The position numbers and the translations under genes were made by a program. This document shows, piece by piece, positions 25,351 through 40,300 of a stretch of DNA of 64,000 nucleotides (within the stretch, counting starts at the first letter, position 1; each line of letters opens with the position of its first letter). Source of the DNA: Balanoglossus misakiensis (taxonomy: Eukaryota; Animalia; Hemichordata). The notes below the pieces were generated by a model. It ran no database searches. It was not told the origin of the DNA and worked only from the letters and a program-made list of their open reading frames with translations. The stretch spans positions 1,684,322 through 1,748,321 of the forward strand of contig CM082597.2 in assembly GCA_040954595.2 (NCBI GenBank), read 5' to 3'.

Positions 25351-28300
25351 ATGTTGGTCTGGCTGTGTGGTGTGCTTGTGGCATACTGGATATCACCAGT
25401 TTCACCAGGTGAGTCGATGATAGTCGTTAACTATTTGAACACCGGCGCGCTCTGGCGAGGGTATTGCCCTCGAACAGTCATCATTGCAAAGGTTAATTAG
25501 TCTAGGCCACTGTGCGTTTCCCCGCTATAGGGTAGGAAAGCAAGCGTTACTGAAGAAACATGCACCCAATATGGCCGCCGATTCCTTATCCAATCCAATA
25601 TGGCCGCCGATTATCCAATCCAATATGGCCGCCGATTGGCCAGGATGGTTTAGAGTAGTTTTTTTTTAATTTATGTGTAACATAATTTTGTTTCAATATG
25701 CGTCGCAATTGAACAACACAGTTTACAAAATAACTCAATAGACACGTGACGTATTTTTTTAGAAACTAGATCAACTGGGTCACGAATTTTAAATTTAATT
25801 ATCTGTGCTAAATAAAAAATAAAATAACTAGATGAGTGTCTCCCCACGTGGCTCGGAAGATTTCATATCTCAGAAAGTCCTCGAAACTCATTCAATAACA
25901 GCACGCTGACAGATGATGAAAATACTAATAATGTAATAAAACCTTGTTTGCCGAAAGTGATTGTGGCAGAGTAGATCCACAGCTATACAATGGTGCATTT
26001 TCTGTGAAAATCTGCAAATATTAAATGATTATGGATATTGAAACTAATTTAATAAGGCCTCTACGCTTAGAAGAGATTGTGCTATGACCCCCCCCCCCCC
26101 CCCCTTCGGACGTTACTTTAATCAATTTAAGAAGTCGTAAGCATGTTCGCCAATTTATGATGAAACTTGTGCTAGCCAAGCAGTGCGTGTTTCTGCAATT
26201 TTTGTCCGCGTGTGTATATACAGTTACGCGGACGTCAGTGATTAGCGTACGCGTTGTCATGGTGCCAGCACTTTAGGTTTGTCACTATGACTACAGCGCC
26301 GTATTCGTATTACACGCGCGTCAACGGGGGAAATTTCTTTCCCGCAATAGCGGTGCTCGTTACGCAAGTTCCCGACAGGAAAAAAGTAATGATCGCTTTT
26401 GCAGTTTATTGAAAACAGGAATTCTCAATTCATGATTATTTCACTCTGATCGTACAATCAAATCCCCACATTTCATAATGTAACAATAATTGAGATATTT
26501 TTACCTATTTTATGTCTGACGTAACGTATCAGCTAGGCGTCGCCCTGCAAATTAACATAATATTTAATTTTTTTATCACAAATTAAAGTTTGTCTTTTGA
26601 ACAATTGGTCATTCGATCTCAAGACGTTTCTATGGCGTCTTATCCGCTGTCATCGTTTCAGGGATACCTAATATGGTAGATGAAAATGATATCTGAGATT
26701 TTCACTCTTTTGATAATTTAAAAAAAAAATCTTCCGTTTCTTCGTTCATTCTTTGAGCACCATCTCTTTGGTTATTCAACTGAAGGCTTCACACTGTTGA
26801 CGTCAAATATTGTCCACCCTGGGGGTGTATATGTATGCGGCTTCTTGTTACCTTTCCTGGAAAGCCGCCTATAGAGGCTCGATGTTTCTTTATCATCGTT
26901 TGATTCTCCATGGGTGCATTATAAGATGCAGTACATTCATGGACACGCTAGTACATTGTGGCATTTTAGAAATCTTTTATATTCTAACCGAGCTCTCCTA
27001 ACGACGGTTACCGCGTGTCGTTCCCAACACAAAACCGCGGCAGTAATTTGTGGACAAGATGGAGGCCGGGTAGCCGACAGTCTTTGTCTCCTTCGTCTAG
27101 CTTTCTTTAAAGCAAGTCACATTTCTGTTTTTTTAGCGTTGAATGGTGGATTCGTGACATGTCTCGTTGGTATTGTCGATTCACGTGGGTGAGTGAGTGA
27201 GTGAATGAATGAATGAATGAATGAATGAACGAACGAACGAACGAACGACGTAAGAACTAAGTGTCCAACTGCTCTCTCAGCTGTGCCGAGCGCCCAGCTG
27301 TCTGATAAACTGACCGATATAGAGATCACCTAACCCGCCGATATATAAACCGTTCATTCACTGATCGATGAACCGGACGGCCTTGAGAACGAAGGCTAAT
27401 TTAATTTAATATAACTTTTCACTCCTTCCGCTCGATTCACGCTATTTCATAGGTAATTAGGTCTCCTTTTTATTAAAGGAAAAAAGTCTTCCCGAACAAG
27501 ATTAATAGACTGACATTATTAAACCAATAAAATATAGTTACTTTATAGCCATGTCCATACTAGATACAGATTAATCAAATACAGAAACTGATTTACCCTG
27601 GAACACATGTGTCCTTGTTTTTCAGAGATGCAATTATAACCCCATTGAAATCAATTATTAGCCACAAATTAGGTTCTTAATATTTTCTTCCCTAAACCCA
27701 GATGCTGTATCGCTGATATTAAACACGATATATAAGCTGATTTGAAAATCACAAATGAGAACGTTTGCACGACTGAAACAACGAGATATCGTGAGATTTC
27801 ACGTGAGCTCGAGCGTGATTTTAAATCTCTCGGTTGTACGGACTCCCTATTATCCCAGAAAAAAAAACGATTCTCAGATAAGCGATCTTTGCCAGACAGA
27901 AATTTACAACGAGATATGGACTTTATACAGATAGTTGGCGAAGACTAAAAACTTCGTTATCGCGAGACTTTCGATGCCTCCGGCAAGGCAAAGTTTTGGC
28001 ACGACTCACTGATGTCAATGATGTTAACCGTTTACTTGGTGATATGGAGGAACTAGCCACATCTGGAGGCCTTCAAAAACGCATCAGGAAATTTTAAAAT
28101 CTATTTCGATAAGACTCATTTCCGAGTTAATTCCAAGAAAAAGCCCTTTCAAAACCACCTTTTCGTGACCCAATGGTCCATAGATTCACTCACAATACGA
28201 TATCCTAAAAGGGATGTAGCAACTGAGTCTCAGATTGTTTCCATTGTTTTAGAAAACGACAAACGAGTTTTAGATGGTCATTCGTCAGTTTGGCATATAT

Positions 28301-31300
28301 ATATATATAACTGTTGTATCGTGCTGTACGAAAACACGATTCTAAATTTGCACGTTGGCAGTAAGATACGACAAGATAGCAAGATGATATTCGAAGTGGT
28401 ACATCGTTTTCTGGTTAGTAGAGCAAGCCAATAAGAGCAGTGTACGTCATGTACCTCGTGATTGATGATGCCAGGTCAAAAATATTGCCTATCACAACAT
28501 TTCACACAAAGCCGAAGCTGCTCTTAAACATTTACACTCTCAGATTAAACACTGAATAATTAATAGCCTTGTTTTGTGTTTGACCCATGGACCTCAATTC
28601 GAACAGCTCGGCGCGCCTCGTTGCATGCAGAGGGCGAACTCGATTCATCGGTGAGGGGACGACCAGATCTGTTGAGTAATTTCGTGCAGTCTTTTTCACA
28701 GGAGTCAAGAGTAGGCGACCTCACCGCCACTCGTTAAGTCCAACTTAATTGTTCATTCGGCGAGATGTTTGCTTCGGTGATTGTAACGTTCCTCGAAAAG
28801 AGTCACTTCATACTGTTTTGTGTGAATGCATGTTTTTCTTCCCAATTAACGGGCACATCTTGAAGGAGAACGTGAATGGTCTGTGGTCTTGCCAGCTCGC
28901 TTTGTAAAGCACTTAGAACTGTCGCTTTTTTCATCAAGAGCATCTCTACACGCTACGCGTCATTGACGTATAGAAAACGGTGTTACACCAAGGATCCTAA
29001 GCTTCATTGAAGGTTAGAATCGTTTGGAATATGGCGTCTGAAATGCCTGGGTAGAATATTTTCTGAGTAGAACATTTTCTTAAATATTTAATCAAATATA
29101 TTAAGACATATTGAGACTGTTCTGACTATGACGTTAATCTATGCCTGACCCTGAGATAATTGTGTTTGCGCCGAATGCTATAAACCCAGCCAAAACAAGT
29201 TCTAATATCGCACAAGAAACGGAAAATTGACTATTACGGTCCTTGATTGAAGCCTACTTTAGTTTGTCCATTATCAGCCGTGTTCAAAATCTACTTTGCC
29301 TCATCTCTTTGAGCCTGATAATTGCTGGTGAATGTAGTGAACGGGGGACAAAGCGCGCGTCCGTCGCCATGCCTACCGCGTCCTACAGTTATAATGTTTA
29401 GTCAGCAATAGTGCCAATAGCCTGTTCTGAGTACGAGTTTTCGATTACCTGCTTAATGTGAATGTTTACAGTGTTTTCCTGTCAGCTGTGAAGTGCCTTG
29501 TTGACGTAAACTACTTATACATATGAACAACGTTTTCTCCCGATGCCCCCTCGAGAGTGATTTTGCATATATATGAATTGTGCATCAACACCCACACACT
29601 GGTTCTTAAAGCTGAATATGTACTATAAATCATCGAATTCGCGCCAACAAGATTACAGTGAGAATTAACAAAAAGAAATACCCCAATGATTCTTCTATTT
29701 TTATTATGTTTGTTTTGAAGGCACTCATCTGCATATAGAGTATTGGCAATCGCAAATCAATTGTCAACAAAAAATGTAATTATTTCTTGTGATTTACTAC
29801 ATGTTGATAATTATACTTGAGACCGGACTTGATTGTTTTTCTTCAACAATATCGCAAACTATGAAGTATGTTATGGCAAGCTGAATACTGGATTGGTTGA
29901 AGCAAGCGCAGAAAAAGAACAAGACATGCGCAGTAACTCTCGTTTAGGTTGTAGTGTGTTATTTTTGTTTGGTCGTATCGAAGGAGGGGTCGACGACAGC
30001 GACCGTGTCTGTCAACGCAAATCAGACCCCACACCCACTGTTCCCAATCTATAATCCGTTCAAACATTTAGCAATGATAGCTGACAGAGCAATAAATCTT
30101 TGCCAAGCTTTCTATAAAGCGTTTAGTTTGGATCAAAGAATGCCTTTTGGAATATCGCAAGAAATCAATATACTTTTACGCAGTCAGCTGTCAGCCTGAT
30201 AACATATTCGCGCTGTTGTTCGCAATTGCGCACATTCCAGGTGATGGCTGTCGGAAAATCGATAACCCTTTTCACACCCTCTTGTCAATTTTCTTTTTTC
30301 CCGCCTTTTGGACTCTTCCGTGTATGCAGGTGGCGCAGATAATGACTCACCCAGACGATTCCATGTTGGATTTTTAAGTAAAGCTCGCGTTTATTCTGGC
30401 ATAAAGGATAAATTTAACTGTGTCGCTAGATTCGAGTTACATATATTTAGGAATGAAAAGGTATATTTTATATCCAGCGTGGGAGTGTAATGCCTTTGGT
30501 CTTTAGATGGATGAATTTTGCAGGCGAATCATATGTCGAGTTTTTCTGTTGTGTCCGTCTACTCGAAATGTCAAAGTTGCACCATCTGATAATTGATGTG
30601 CAATAAACAACATTAACGCAAGGCAAGCGCGACCGAATACTGCCTACCAGATATTTCGTGACACGCTCTCCTTGTAGATGGGGAATATATAGGTGTCCTT
30701 AGCAATTCAGTAACAGTAACCCGCAAGTAATTACCACTCATCCGATAGAGGCATTTTTTTCATTGCGTTAACACTCACGCAAATGAAAGTTGGTGACACG
30801 CACGCTCGAGGCGTTAATATTTGTCGAGTTTATTTTGGAAGATCGAATGCTCCTTGAAAAGGGTTCACATTATGAATCGCGTTTCACGAGGATTTTGACA
30901 TCCATTCCATCAGTGAATAAAGTCCTTAGGGCAGTTTGCAAGGTCGGAAATTGAAATATTAACCTTTTTGCTCACGCACTTTGATAAGGTATGTGTTAAG
31001 CTGTCAAAACCGGGTCCGGGTCAGTTCTGTTGTTTGGGGATGAGGAACTAAAATACAATCAAATATACTGCTATTTAACATTTAAAGTAGACGCCAAACG
31101 ATGCGCTAAGTCTGAGAATCCCCCCCCCCCTCCAAGTGCATTGTGCCTTTCAAGGGCTTTTTATCTGTACTCGGGGTGCACTGTGCCTTGTATCCCGTTT
31201 CCGACCCCCAACTTCCCATAAACCTCACGTACAGGACATCTACACACCTTCAGAGCACGTACATGGACATATTATCAATGCAATGCACGTATGTTTTGCG

Positions 31301-34300
31301 TTGGCAAATATAGACTTCATCACGCTAGGTGACTTTGTTTTACAGTTGCTAACGACAACCACCGGCCATACTGTTTAGATGGTGTTTCTTTTCGTAAGAA
31401 GAATGGATAGAGTCTTCTTCGGCTATAAGATGGTGTCAATAAGTGTATGTGAACTTACGTTTACACATTGAAAACAATTATGTGTTGCGGCATTCAAGAA
31501 AAAATCGATTCAAAAACAATTTTCTTTGTAGCGAAACCTAATCCACAGTTCATTGAAAACTCTATACCATGAAGGTAATCAATTTTCGCCCTAATGCACA
31601 AAACCGCATTTCTGAATGCCGGTTGGCGTTCGCCATTGTGAAGTCTAAACTGAGCAAAACCACTGTGTGTGAAACTCGTCCCAAAATCAATCGGTTGACG
31701 GAGGGATGTGAACACATCCGGGGAGTTTAGCGATCTCATGGAGTAAGTGTGTGTATATTGTCAGTTGCCAGGGTAACAGTTAACTAATCAGTCAAAATAT
31801 CCGGAAATTCACGTTCATACATAAAATTGTTTCCGTTCATATAATAGAAACTGGTGCCGTGATGAGAAAGCCGATGATTTCTTTATTTGAAAACATGCCG
31901 CAAATATTTATCGGGTTCTGAGGCACTTAATAAAAATTCCCTACTCAGTATGGGATTACATGCAATCGAATCAAACGACAGCGCATCATCATGCACCTGT
32001 TCTTGGACACAAGGTTCTATTTCCGGGCAGTATATTTCTGGATTACAGCACGCAGATGGTGCTCTGGAAAGTATCGATGAATAATGAGCTGAAACGGTGT
32101 TTCCTTGACCGGGAAGTTCTGCTCCTTAACTCGACTGTAAGCCAGAAGGATCTTGAAAGCAGGGAATTTCTGTTAATGCCGTGTAGCGCGTGACTCGCTA
32201 TCAAAGACATGCATGTGAGCCCCAAGCTAGATTGCAAAGGACATGCGTCAGCGCTTGTACCATCAGGAATAGGCTTCTACGTGAAACTAAGTATCACAGA
32301 CAAAGCGACCACTTCTGAAATGTATACTGTAATTACTGCCAAAACCGTAGTTTAGACACCCATTGCGATAGTTTCTAGCTTTCCCTGACCAGGACCTGCA
32401 GAAGGCGTTTGCACCTGCGCAATAACCCTCTCCCCCGGCTGTCTCAGATCCTGCGCGAAGTACAATTCAAGCGTCGAAGTAATCTTCGCAAGTTAAGATC
32501 TATGTCCTCGGCCATGGCGACCCCTCGTCTGTCAAAATTCATTAACAACGCGTGTAGCAATTTAGCATCGGGTGTGATACTAAATGCGTGCGCCTGATAC
32601 CTGACGACCTCAATTTTGTTTCCGCCGTTTAATACAGCACGTTCGCCATTGTATCCGTCACATTACAACTGAAGGACGAAAACGACTAGGATTTACCATT
32701 AGTACCAAACATACTTCAATTCCCTTGAGTTTATTTCCATATTGACATGTCTTTCGTCTCATGTTCTGATCCACCGAGTAAACAAAGTTATAATACTCCA
32801 GTGCAATTTCGCAAAGACGATTTTCAAAATTTTAATGGTTAGCACATTCTACTGTTGTGATAAATCAACTGTTTCTTTATTGTGTTGCAGTTACAGATGC
32901 AAGCACGACGACCCAGTCACCAACAGCAGGTGGCATACTGAACACATGTCCGGAAGAATCGTCGGAGGGTTATGATTGGCCATCGATATCGGCCGGAACA
33001 AATGCAAGCGAGTCCTGCCCAGATGGTTCAGTAGGTGGGTGAAGTCAGCTGATTCATTGTTGTGACTTATAGTGTCAGGGTAAATCTCAATGACCCACCA
33101 TTGTCACTGATATAACATTACGTAATGGTACAATACTTTCCAGATCATTTAACACATAGTCTACCAAACATTCAGTCGCCTCTGCATAGCGCCACCTGAA
33201 CGCAGAGGACGTGGACAGGAAGACACGTTCCGGGCCCTGTACACTGCTCGCCGGATAAAAACCGCGAAATGCCGGAAAATTATACAATGGACTCATTTGT
33301 GGGTATTTGAAAGAGTAATTGAACGTGAGAGTCTCAGGAAACACGTACCGGACCGCTAAATATAGGACCACTCCATAAAAGCAAACAAATGCTTTCAGCT
33401 GTTTCTATTATTGAAAGAAAATCTTGTGCTGATCAAGGTCAGATTATTGATCTGAAAAGTTGTTTTTTTCCTCCGCTAAAGGTCAAATCACACTTTGACA
33501 CAGAAAAGACGAAACCAAAGAAAAAGCCTTGGTAATTTGATTTCGCGACGTAGAATTGACACGTCTGATGGGCGCAAATACTTAGAATGTTATTTGACGG
33601 AATATTGTACCATTACTCGCTGCCAATGGATTGTCATGCCATAACCAATCTACGGCGTACAAGACATCCGTTTCTGTTTACCTAGAACGGCAAAACACCG
33701 CAAAAATAGTTTCACAAACAGGCGGCCGACCACAACCTTCCATCTAGATAAATAATTGTATTACAAAGGTCACCCAACAATATCTCCATCCATTAGGACT
33801 GATTTATCTTTTAAATCCATATCGTTAATGGGTGCCATTTATATGTTTCGTTTGACTTGCGCATATGTGTACACGCTGGACGGGGTTCAATGATTTTATA
33901 AAATTATATAACCAAGAAGCTCAGACTTACAACAGGATCAGATCAGTCTTGAATACAGACAGATATTACAACCACAGTATTTCCTCAAGTGAAAATTGGG
34001 GATTAATCTTGTACCAACAGGAGACAACGTTCGCATGTGGCAAAGGGTATAGGGATTACGTCACCGGGGGCGTTCTCGTCATCAAATCAAAGCCGCGACT
34101 CAACATGCATCTTCCGCGCTAATCGGCTTTCCTCAAGACGCTAAATTTTCTTTCAAAGGGCGAAGAACATTCATAGTTTCCAACCTAATAGCTACAAAGC
34201 AGTGGCACTCATCACACAAAGGCCACAAGAGTTAGACGTATCACTGTGTTTAGTGCCACTTGCGCCATCAGCGAGAAGCAGCAGGGTTGACGACGGCAAA

Positions 34301-37300
34301 TCTTGAACAGATTGGGATAGGGCGTGATTCAACGATCCGTGTTATATGCCAGGGTTTTACACTGTTTGTAAAAAGCGCTCACCACGCCAATTTTAAAAAT
34401 CTAATTAAATTCAGACGAAGTGTTGGGGCAAGCTGATGGGAGATGAAAACCGGGAGATCATTTCGGCAATTCATCACGTGATTGTGAGAAGGTATTCTAT
34501 TTTTAAATGTCAAAGCCGGAAATGATTGCGCAGACGGCCACCCTTGAAGTCATAAAATGAGCAGTATTTAACAAGCCGTTATTCACACAACTCGCGTTAA
34601 AACACAATGTCCGTTTGATTACATTATTCCCGGGTTGGCGTAGGTCTCAGACAGTCGCACAGGGCACGCATTTCTGCGGTGTATTTTACTGGAATATAGG
34701 TTAACGCGACTGAACGTTGACGCTTATTACTTGATGTTTCTGGAGACAACCTTGTTTGTCGTGAATTAACCAAGCGCATTTTGTCAAATTTAAACGACTG
34801 CCACCGAATGGATTTAACTGTTATAGCATTTAGTACATTGATGATGTTTTCACCGACTCGGCGACATCAGAGTGTTTACAGCGCTGCCATGTCAACCCGG
34901 ATCGGTCTTGAGTTTTAACCAGGATGCAGTGCGGTAGTTCGAGTATCTGAGTGGGTTTATATGTTCGATGAAAAATTGATCCTTTGTTTGTTGTTTACTC
35001 TGTTGAAGTCGGGCTCCGAAGTTAGCTTCACTTAAAATAAATACTATTGTTCTTTCTCCAGGTATTGTCTACAGAGTTTGCAAGCATGACGTCACCTGGC
35101 AGATTCCCGACTTCACAAGATGCGTATCTCCTACACTGGCAACTTTAAAAGAGCAGGTGAGACTGTCACAGAACATTTCAATATCTGTCGTGTAATACAT
35201 CCGATTTTCCTGAAAAGAATTAGGATTACAGAAATAATCCTTGAGTATGCATTGATGGTATACTTAATATCACATTGTGTAATTGTATCATTTAAGTATT
35301 ATGTAAGTTGGGAATTATGATATGGCAACTGTCATCAATACATTTTTGTATAGTATGAAATTATTCTATTTTTCCGGCAGGCTGAAAACCTAGACCATAA
35401 TGCATCGGGTCACCTTCATCTGGCTGAAGATTTACAGAATGCTTCCAAACCGGCCAAACTGGTTGTATCCGGTGATCTTGTCGCCGCCATATCCATCGTG
35501 TATTCGTTGATGGACGATACATTTTTAATCGCCTGCAATGCCACGTCATCTTTGGTGAGAAACTTCACCCAGGTGAGTTTGATCAAGTGTGTTGTTCACT
35601 GCAAGCGTGTTAAGTTTTCTCTTTTTGAGTTTCGGATATATTCTGCCACCTGCATTCTATAAAGATCAAGATGACTGTGAGATTTCCGCATCAACTAAAT
35701 ATCTGAATAAACACTATAAAAGTGTCTCTCTTCTGTTTCTTAGGCTGTCTTAATTTCTGCCAATCAGCTTCTCGATGAGGATTACATTGAATTTTGGAAT
35801 GAAATCCATCAGGTAAGTGTATAATGTTCAGCTTACATTTTTCCTGACAATGTTATGTTGCACAGGACAAACAAACATGGCCAATCGTGTTAAATGGACC
35901 CAAATTTTAAAACTTTTGTTCAACTCTGCACCATTTCTAATTTCATACGAAGCTTGACTTGTTTATCGCCAACGTATATGACATAAAAGAATAATCAACG
36001 TAAATCAAGGGATGGTAATTTTAATCGATATTAGAGGCAATCAAGCTAGGTCAAATCTTTGACAGATATTTCCGTGACCAGCTGTGGTTGCAAACGGAAG
36101 CACTCTGCTTGAGATGTCGTCTGGGCCAAGAATGGGTATACCTCGGGACGAAAAGCCATTAATCCATAAATTACTGGTTGGATAATACATCGGATGTTTA
36201 CTAACCGCTGGAGGCGCTTCTGAAATTTACGAGCAAAACTGTGCAGCATTACTGATGTAATGATTGGTTATATCATTAGTAACTCTGTCCCTCAAGCTAC
36301 ACTTTGTACTGAAAAAAGGACACGTTGCATTTCGTCATACCTGTCAGTTGAAATGGCCAGATTTTCCCCGTATATAATCCTCCATTGAGAATACTTGTAA
36401 AATAAAAGATTGCTCTCTTGTTCGTTTCAGGTTTCTGATGCAGACGCAATATTTTATTTCTTGGAGAAGCTGGATTTATTTTATCAAGATGTACTGTCTT
36501 GTTACTCTCGTGTAAATATTACTGTGAGCCGAATTTTTACGAAAAATTTAGGTCAGTGATCAATTTATGTCATTTGTGTCATTTATTTCTTGTGTTTGGT
36601 TTGTCTTGTGGTGTCCCTAGGAACAGCTGTATTTGCATGCATCGTCATGATGGACCACAGTATGCTCATGTATAGTAGGCATGACGACAGTCCGGGTAAA
36701 ATGTTTGATGAAGCGTTCTCACAACCCTATTCCAATTGTGTATAAAGTTGAGTAACACAATTCCCCAAATGTATAAAAAAATATTTTCCATCCTATTGGT
36801 GTAATTAACGAGATTGAACTCAAGTCGTTAGTTGCGGCGACTCGATATAATGTATAGGTGGACGAGCCTCCTTTGAATTATGAATTCTACCTTCACGGGG
36901 TGACATAAGCCGAAAGATGCCCCCTGGCGTTTTTCATCCAGGTTTTGAATCATCGCTTTGGCAGATAAATTAAACGGAAAATGCCGTCAAAAAGCCGTAA
37001 AAGCTTTTCAAAGTAGATTAAAGCCACTTTCTCGCCGACAGAAGGCCAAAAGTAAGAAATAACAGTTGCTTGGCGTGATTTTTAAGGACTCCTCTGTGAA
37101 TAAGAATACTAGACCCATGTAGTGTCAGAAGGTTTAATTTACCAGATATAATGGAGAAAAAAGGATTTTATTAATAACACAAATCTGGTTTGATGTACTT
37201 TCTTTTTATGCAGATGTTGCGATGCAAGTCTTTCAAGCGAACGATAGTGGTCGATTTATTTTCCCGACGACCAGTAGTAGCGACGCCACGCAGGTTTCTG

Positions 37301-40300
37301 TCCCGGTGGCAATACTATCAGAGACCGGTAAATTACACCTTCTAAATCTTCGTTAACATGCTTTTAATACTCCCTGGAAAGGGGTATCCACGAAATGCTA
37401 AATAACGGCCGTACATATGTGACCCGTACATAATATGAAATAAAAGTGTCTTGTCATCACTGTTCCGCAAACTTCTTGCACGTTGCCATGGTAATATATT
37501 ATGTAATGTGCGGTAAGATCAAGTGGTGGTGGACATTTAACACTATGAACCGGCCTTTTATGCTCACTGATCGATACACGTTGAAAAGACGTGTATGAGA
37601 ACAATAGATCCTCAGTGGCCAGACTACCATCTCACATTTAGCACGTGTGATTTTTTTGTAGATTCAAGTGGACACACTGGTTCCTGCATAGCCAGGTACA
37701 AATCTCTGAAGTCTCTTCTGCCGAGTAGCGAAACTAACACAAGGTAGGTCGACGGCTGCGCCATGTCCGCGAACGTTACAGCTTTTCGGGCTGAGTTTCT
37801 AACAGTTACACGGGTAGTTGTGAGTCTCTGTTGAGTGCAACCGGAAATGACGTGTGTGTGCACTTTGTCAACAGTATGTTTGTCGGCGATTTTCTCGGTA
37901 ACTGTTACATTTAACAAGACTCTGTCTCTCTCTCTCTCCCTCTTCTCTCTGTCTCTCTTCTCTCTGTCTCTCTCTGTCTCTCTCTCTCTCTCTCTCAAAT
38001 CTTCACAGGTCAGTGACTCTTGACGGGCAACTCAACAGTGACGTCATGGCAGTCAGTTTCCATCCTACGCAGGTACAACCGTTCAGCGGACCCATTACAT
38101 TGCAATTTTCACATATTCAACCTGGAAGCAACCCAGTCTGTGCCTTGATGGACACCGCCCTTAGTTCAAGGTAAGAAGCCAATGTCGCGGTGACGTCAAC
38201 AGAACGGTGCTCATCCCTGTAGACTAGTCATTAAATCCTGTGTATACACAGAAAACAGCTTATCAGCATCCAATTTTGCAAGGCATTGTTTTTCAAGGCT
38301 GTTACAAGTTATTAGTTTCTATATTTAAAAGTGTCGTGTATCCAGGACAGCATATAAATGGCACGACAAGGGGATAGAAAACCGGAACCGGAAGTTGAAG
38401 CCAACACAAAATGTCTGCTGACGGATAACAGTCCGCTTGCAATATGCCAGTAGATGTTTCCACAAATCTATAACTTTTCTGATTTCGTGATTTCACCCTA
38501 GTGTCTGGAGTGCTGATGAGTGTGAGACAGTTTCAACTTCAAGTGACGTCACCACATGTAACTGTTACCATGCAACCAACTTCGCCTTGTTAATGACAAT
38601 AGACGTAAGAACATTTCCATATTATTTATTAATTTATTTACTTGTTTCATTCATTCACAATTCACTAGTTTGTTCATTAAAATGATATTGAAACGGATTT
38701 CTTTTTTCTTCTTCACAGGATGGGACTGTGATTCAAGTGCCTCTAGATGCGATTCTAGTCACTGGCGTGATTATTTCAATTTTATTCGCGGTAGCAACTT
38801 TTGTACTTTTGCTATATGTAAATAGGTGAGTTTTCCTCGTTATTATGTATAATTTAATCACAAGAGGGCGCTTCAGTGCAATAAAATAGCCGCCATTTTG
38901 AAATATTCTTAGCACTTAGTATCTCTCTCTCTCTCTTCACAGAAATTTCGAGTCAGACTGGGGTCTCGTTGTAAAGTGTTTTCTTTTTACATACATGATC
39001 GGCCAAATAACTTTCCTGTCTGGTATAAACGACACAGCTAACCAGGTGAGTTTTCTATTTTCAATTAAAGGGCCGCTAGTTGTATTATGACAAGATTTTC
39101 GTGTAATGATGTTGTAAAATTGTGAATACGAGTTCTAGGACAAGTACTGACTACAAACGGCCTTAACCCCCTCCTCGTTTTCTTTCCATGCCCACTGGCT
39201 ACACAGCAAATTGAATTCAATACTGAACACGGCAATTTTTATGCTGTCTTTTGTATGTTTCGAAAGTTTGAAATTACACCGTACACGTTCTTTGAAGCCA
39301 ATTTCCTATAATGACTTTGAATATCTGGCTGTTTTGTAGTCGACTGAAACATGACCTTGGGAGAAAACTCGGCGCGACCTTTTGACATTCTTGACAAGGC
39401 ATCGAGGTTGAATTCATCAAACTGTCCCCATTATGGGAAAGTGCGCGCCAGCGGTCTCAAATGTTCTCGACTAAATAGATTCTGCGGGAATTGAAAAATT
39501 ATGTCCGTGCGGAATGTAACACAGCGCCCGTTGGTAATTTTAACGTCAGCGGGAGATCACGGTGAAAATGAGATAATCTATTCTCGTGTTGTAGTTGACA
39601 GTTTCTTCAACATTAAGGCGTCTCTGGATCAATTCCCGCCGCATTTATCGCCATGGTACATGTAACTGCCATTCATTGTGAATGAAAACAATTCTAAATG
39701 GTAAAACATCTGTCTGGCTGTTTTCATTTCAGACAACATGCAAATTTGTCGGAATCCTCCTTCACTATTTATACTTATCAGTGTTTTTCTGGATGTTGGC
39801 GCAAGTTGTCCTGCTCCAGCTGAAGATCATTCACGCGTCAGCGACATCGGCTACCATCTCTCACTACTGCCTTCTGGGATGGGTCACTCCGCTCCTGGTG
39901 GTGGCCAGTGCAGCTGGCCTGAAACACGACCAGTACGGCCACGAGAGATAGTAAGTAAAATTCGTGATTTATTGTAAGAACGCTGAAAAATAAATTCACT
40001 ACGAAAATTAGTAAAAAAGCCAAAAATACACAACAAAAGAAAAACATATACTAGTTTTCACACTTGGCCATTGGGATCGGTCAGCTACGTAAATATGACA
40101 CCCCCCCCCCCCGATTCCTCTGGCCCACCCCCTCGTTATAAATGAACGCTCCCTTATGCAAAACGCTATACATGTATTCATTGCCTCTGGCTTGTTACTG
40201 CTTATATTGTAGCCATAAATATCGGTGGTCTACCTAATAACTATTTAATGGAAAGGGCGACGGGACGACCCAGACAGAATTTAACACATCGGCGTAGCTT

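Noticed and set aside
24863-25405. 180-aa minus-strand ORF
   Set aside because: Non-ATG start, runs antisense through the GPCR signal-peptide exon and its polypyrimidine tract, no domain similarity
37624-37998. 124-aa ORF beginning MRERERETERDRE
   Set aside because: Translation of the (CT)n microsatellite, antisense to a GPCR exon
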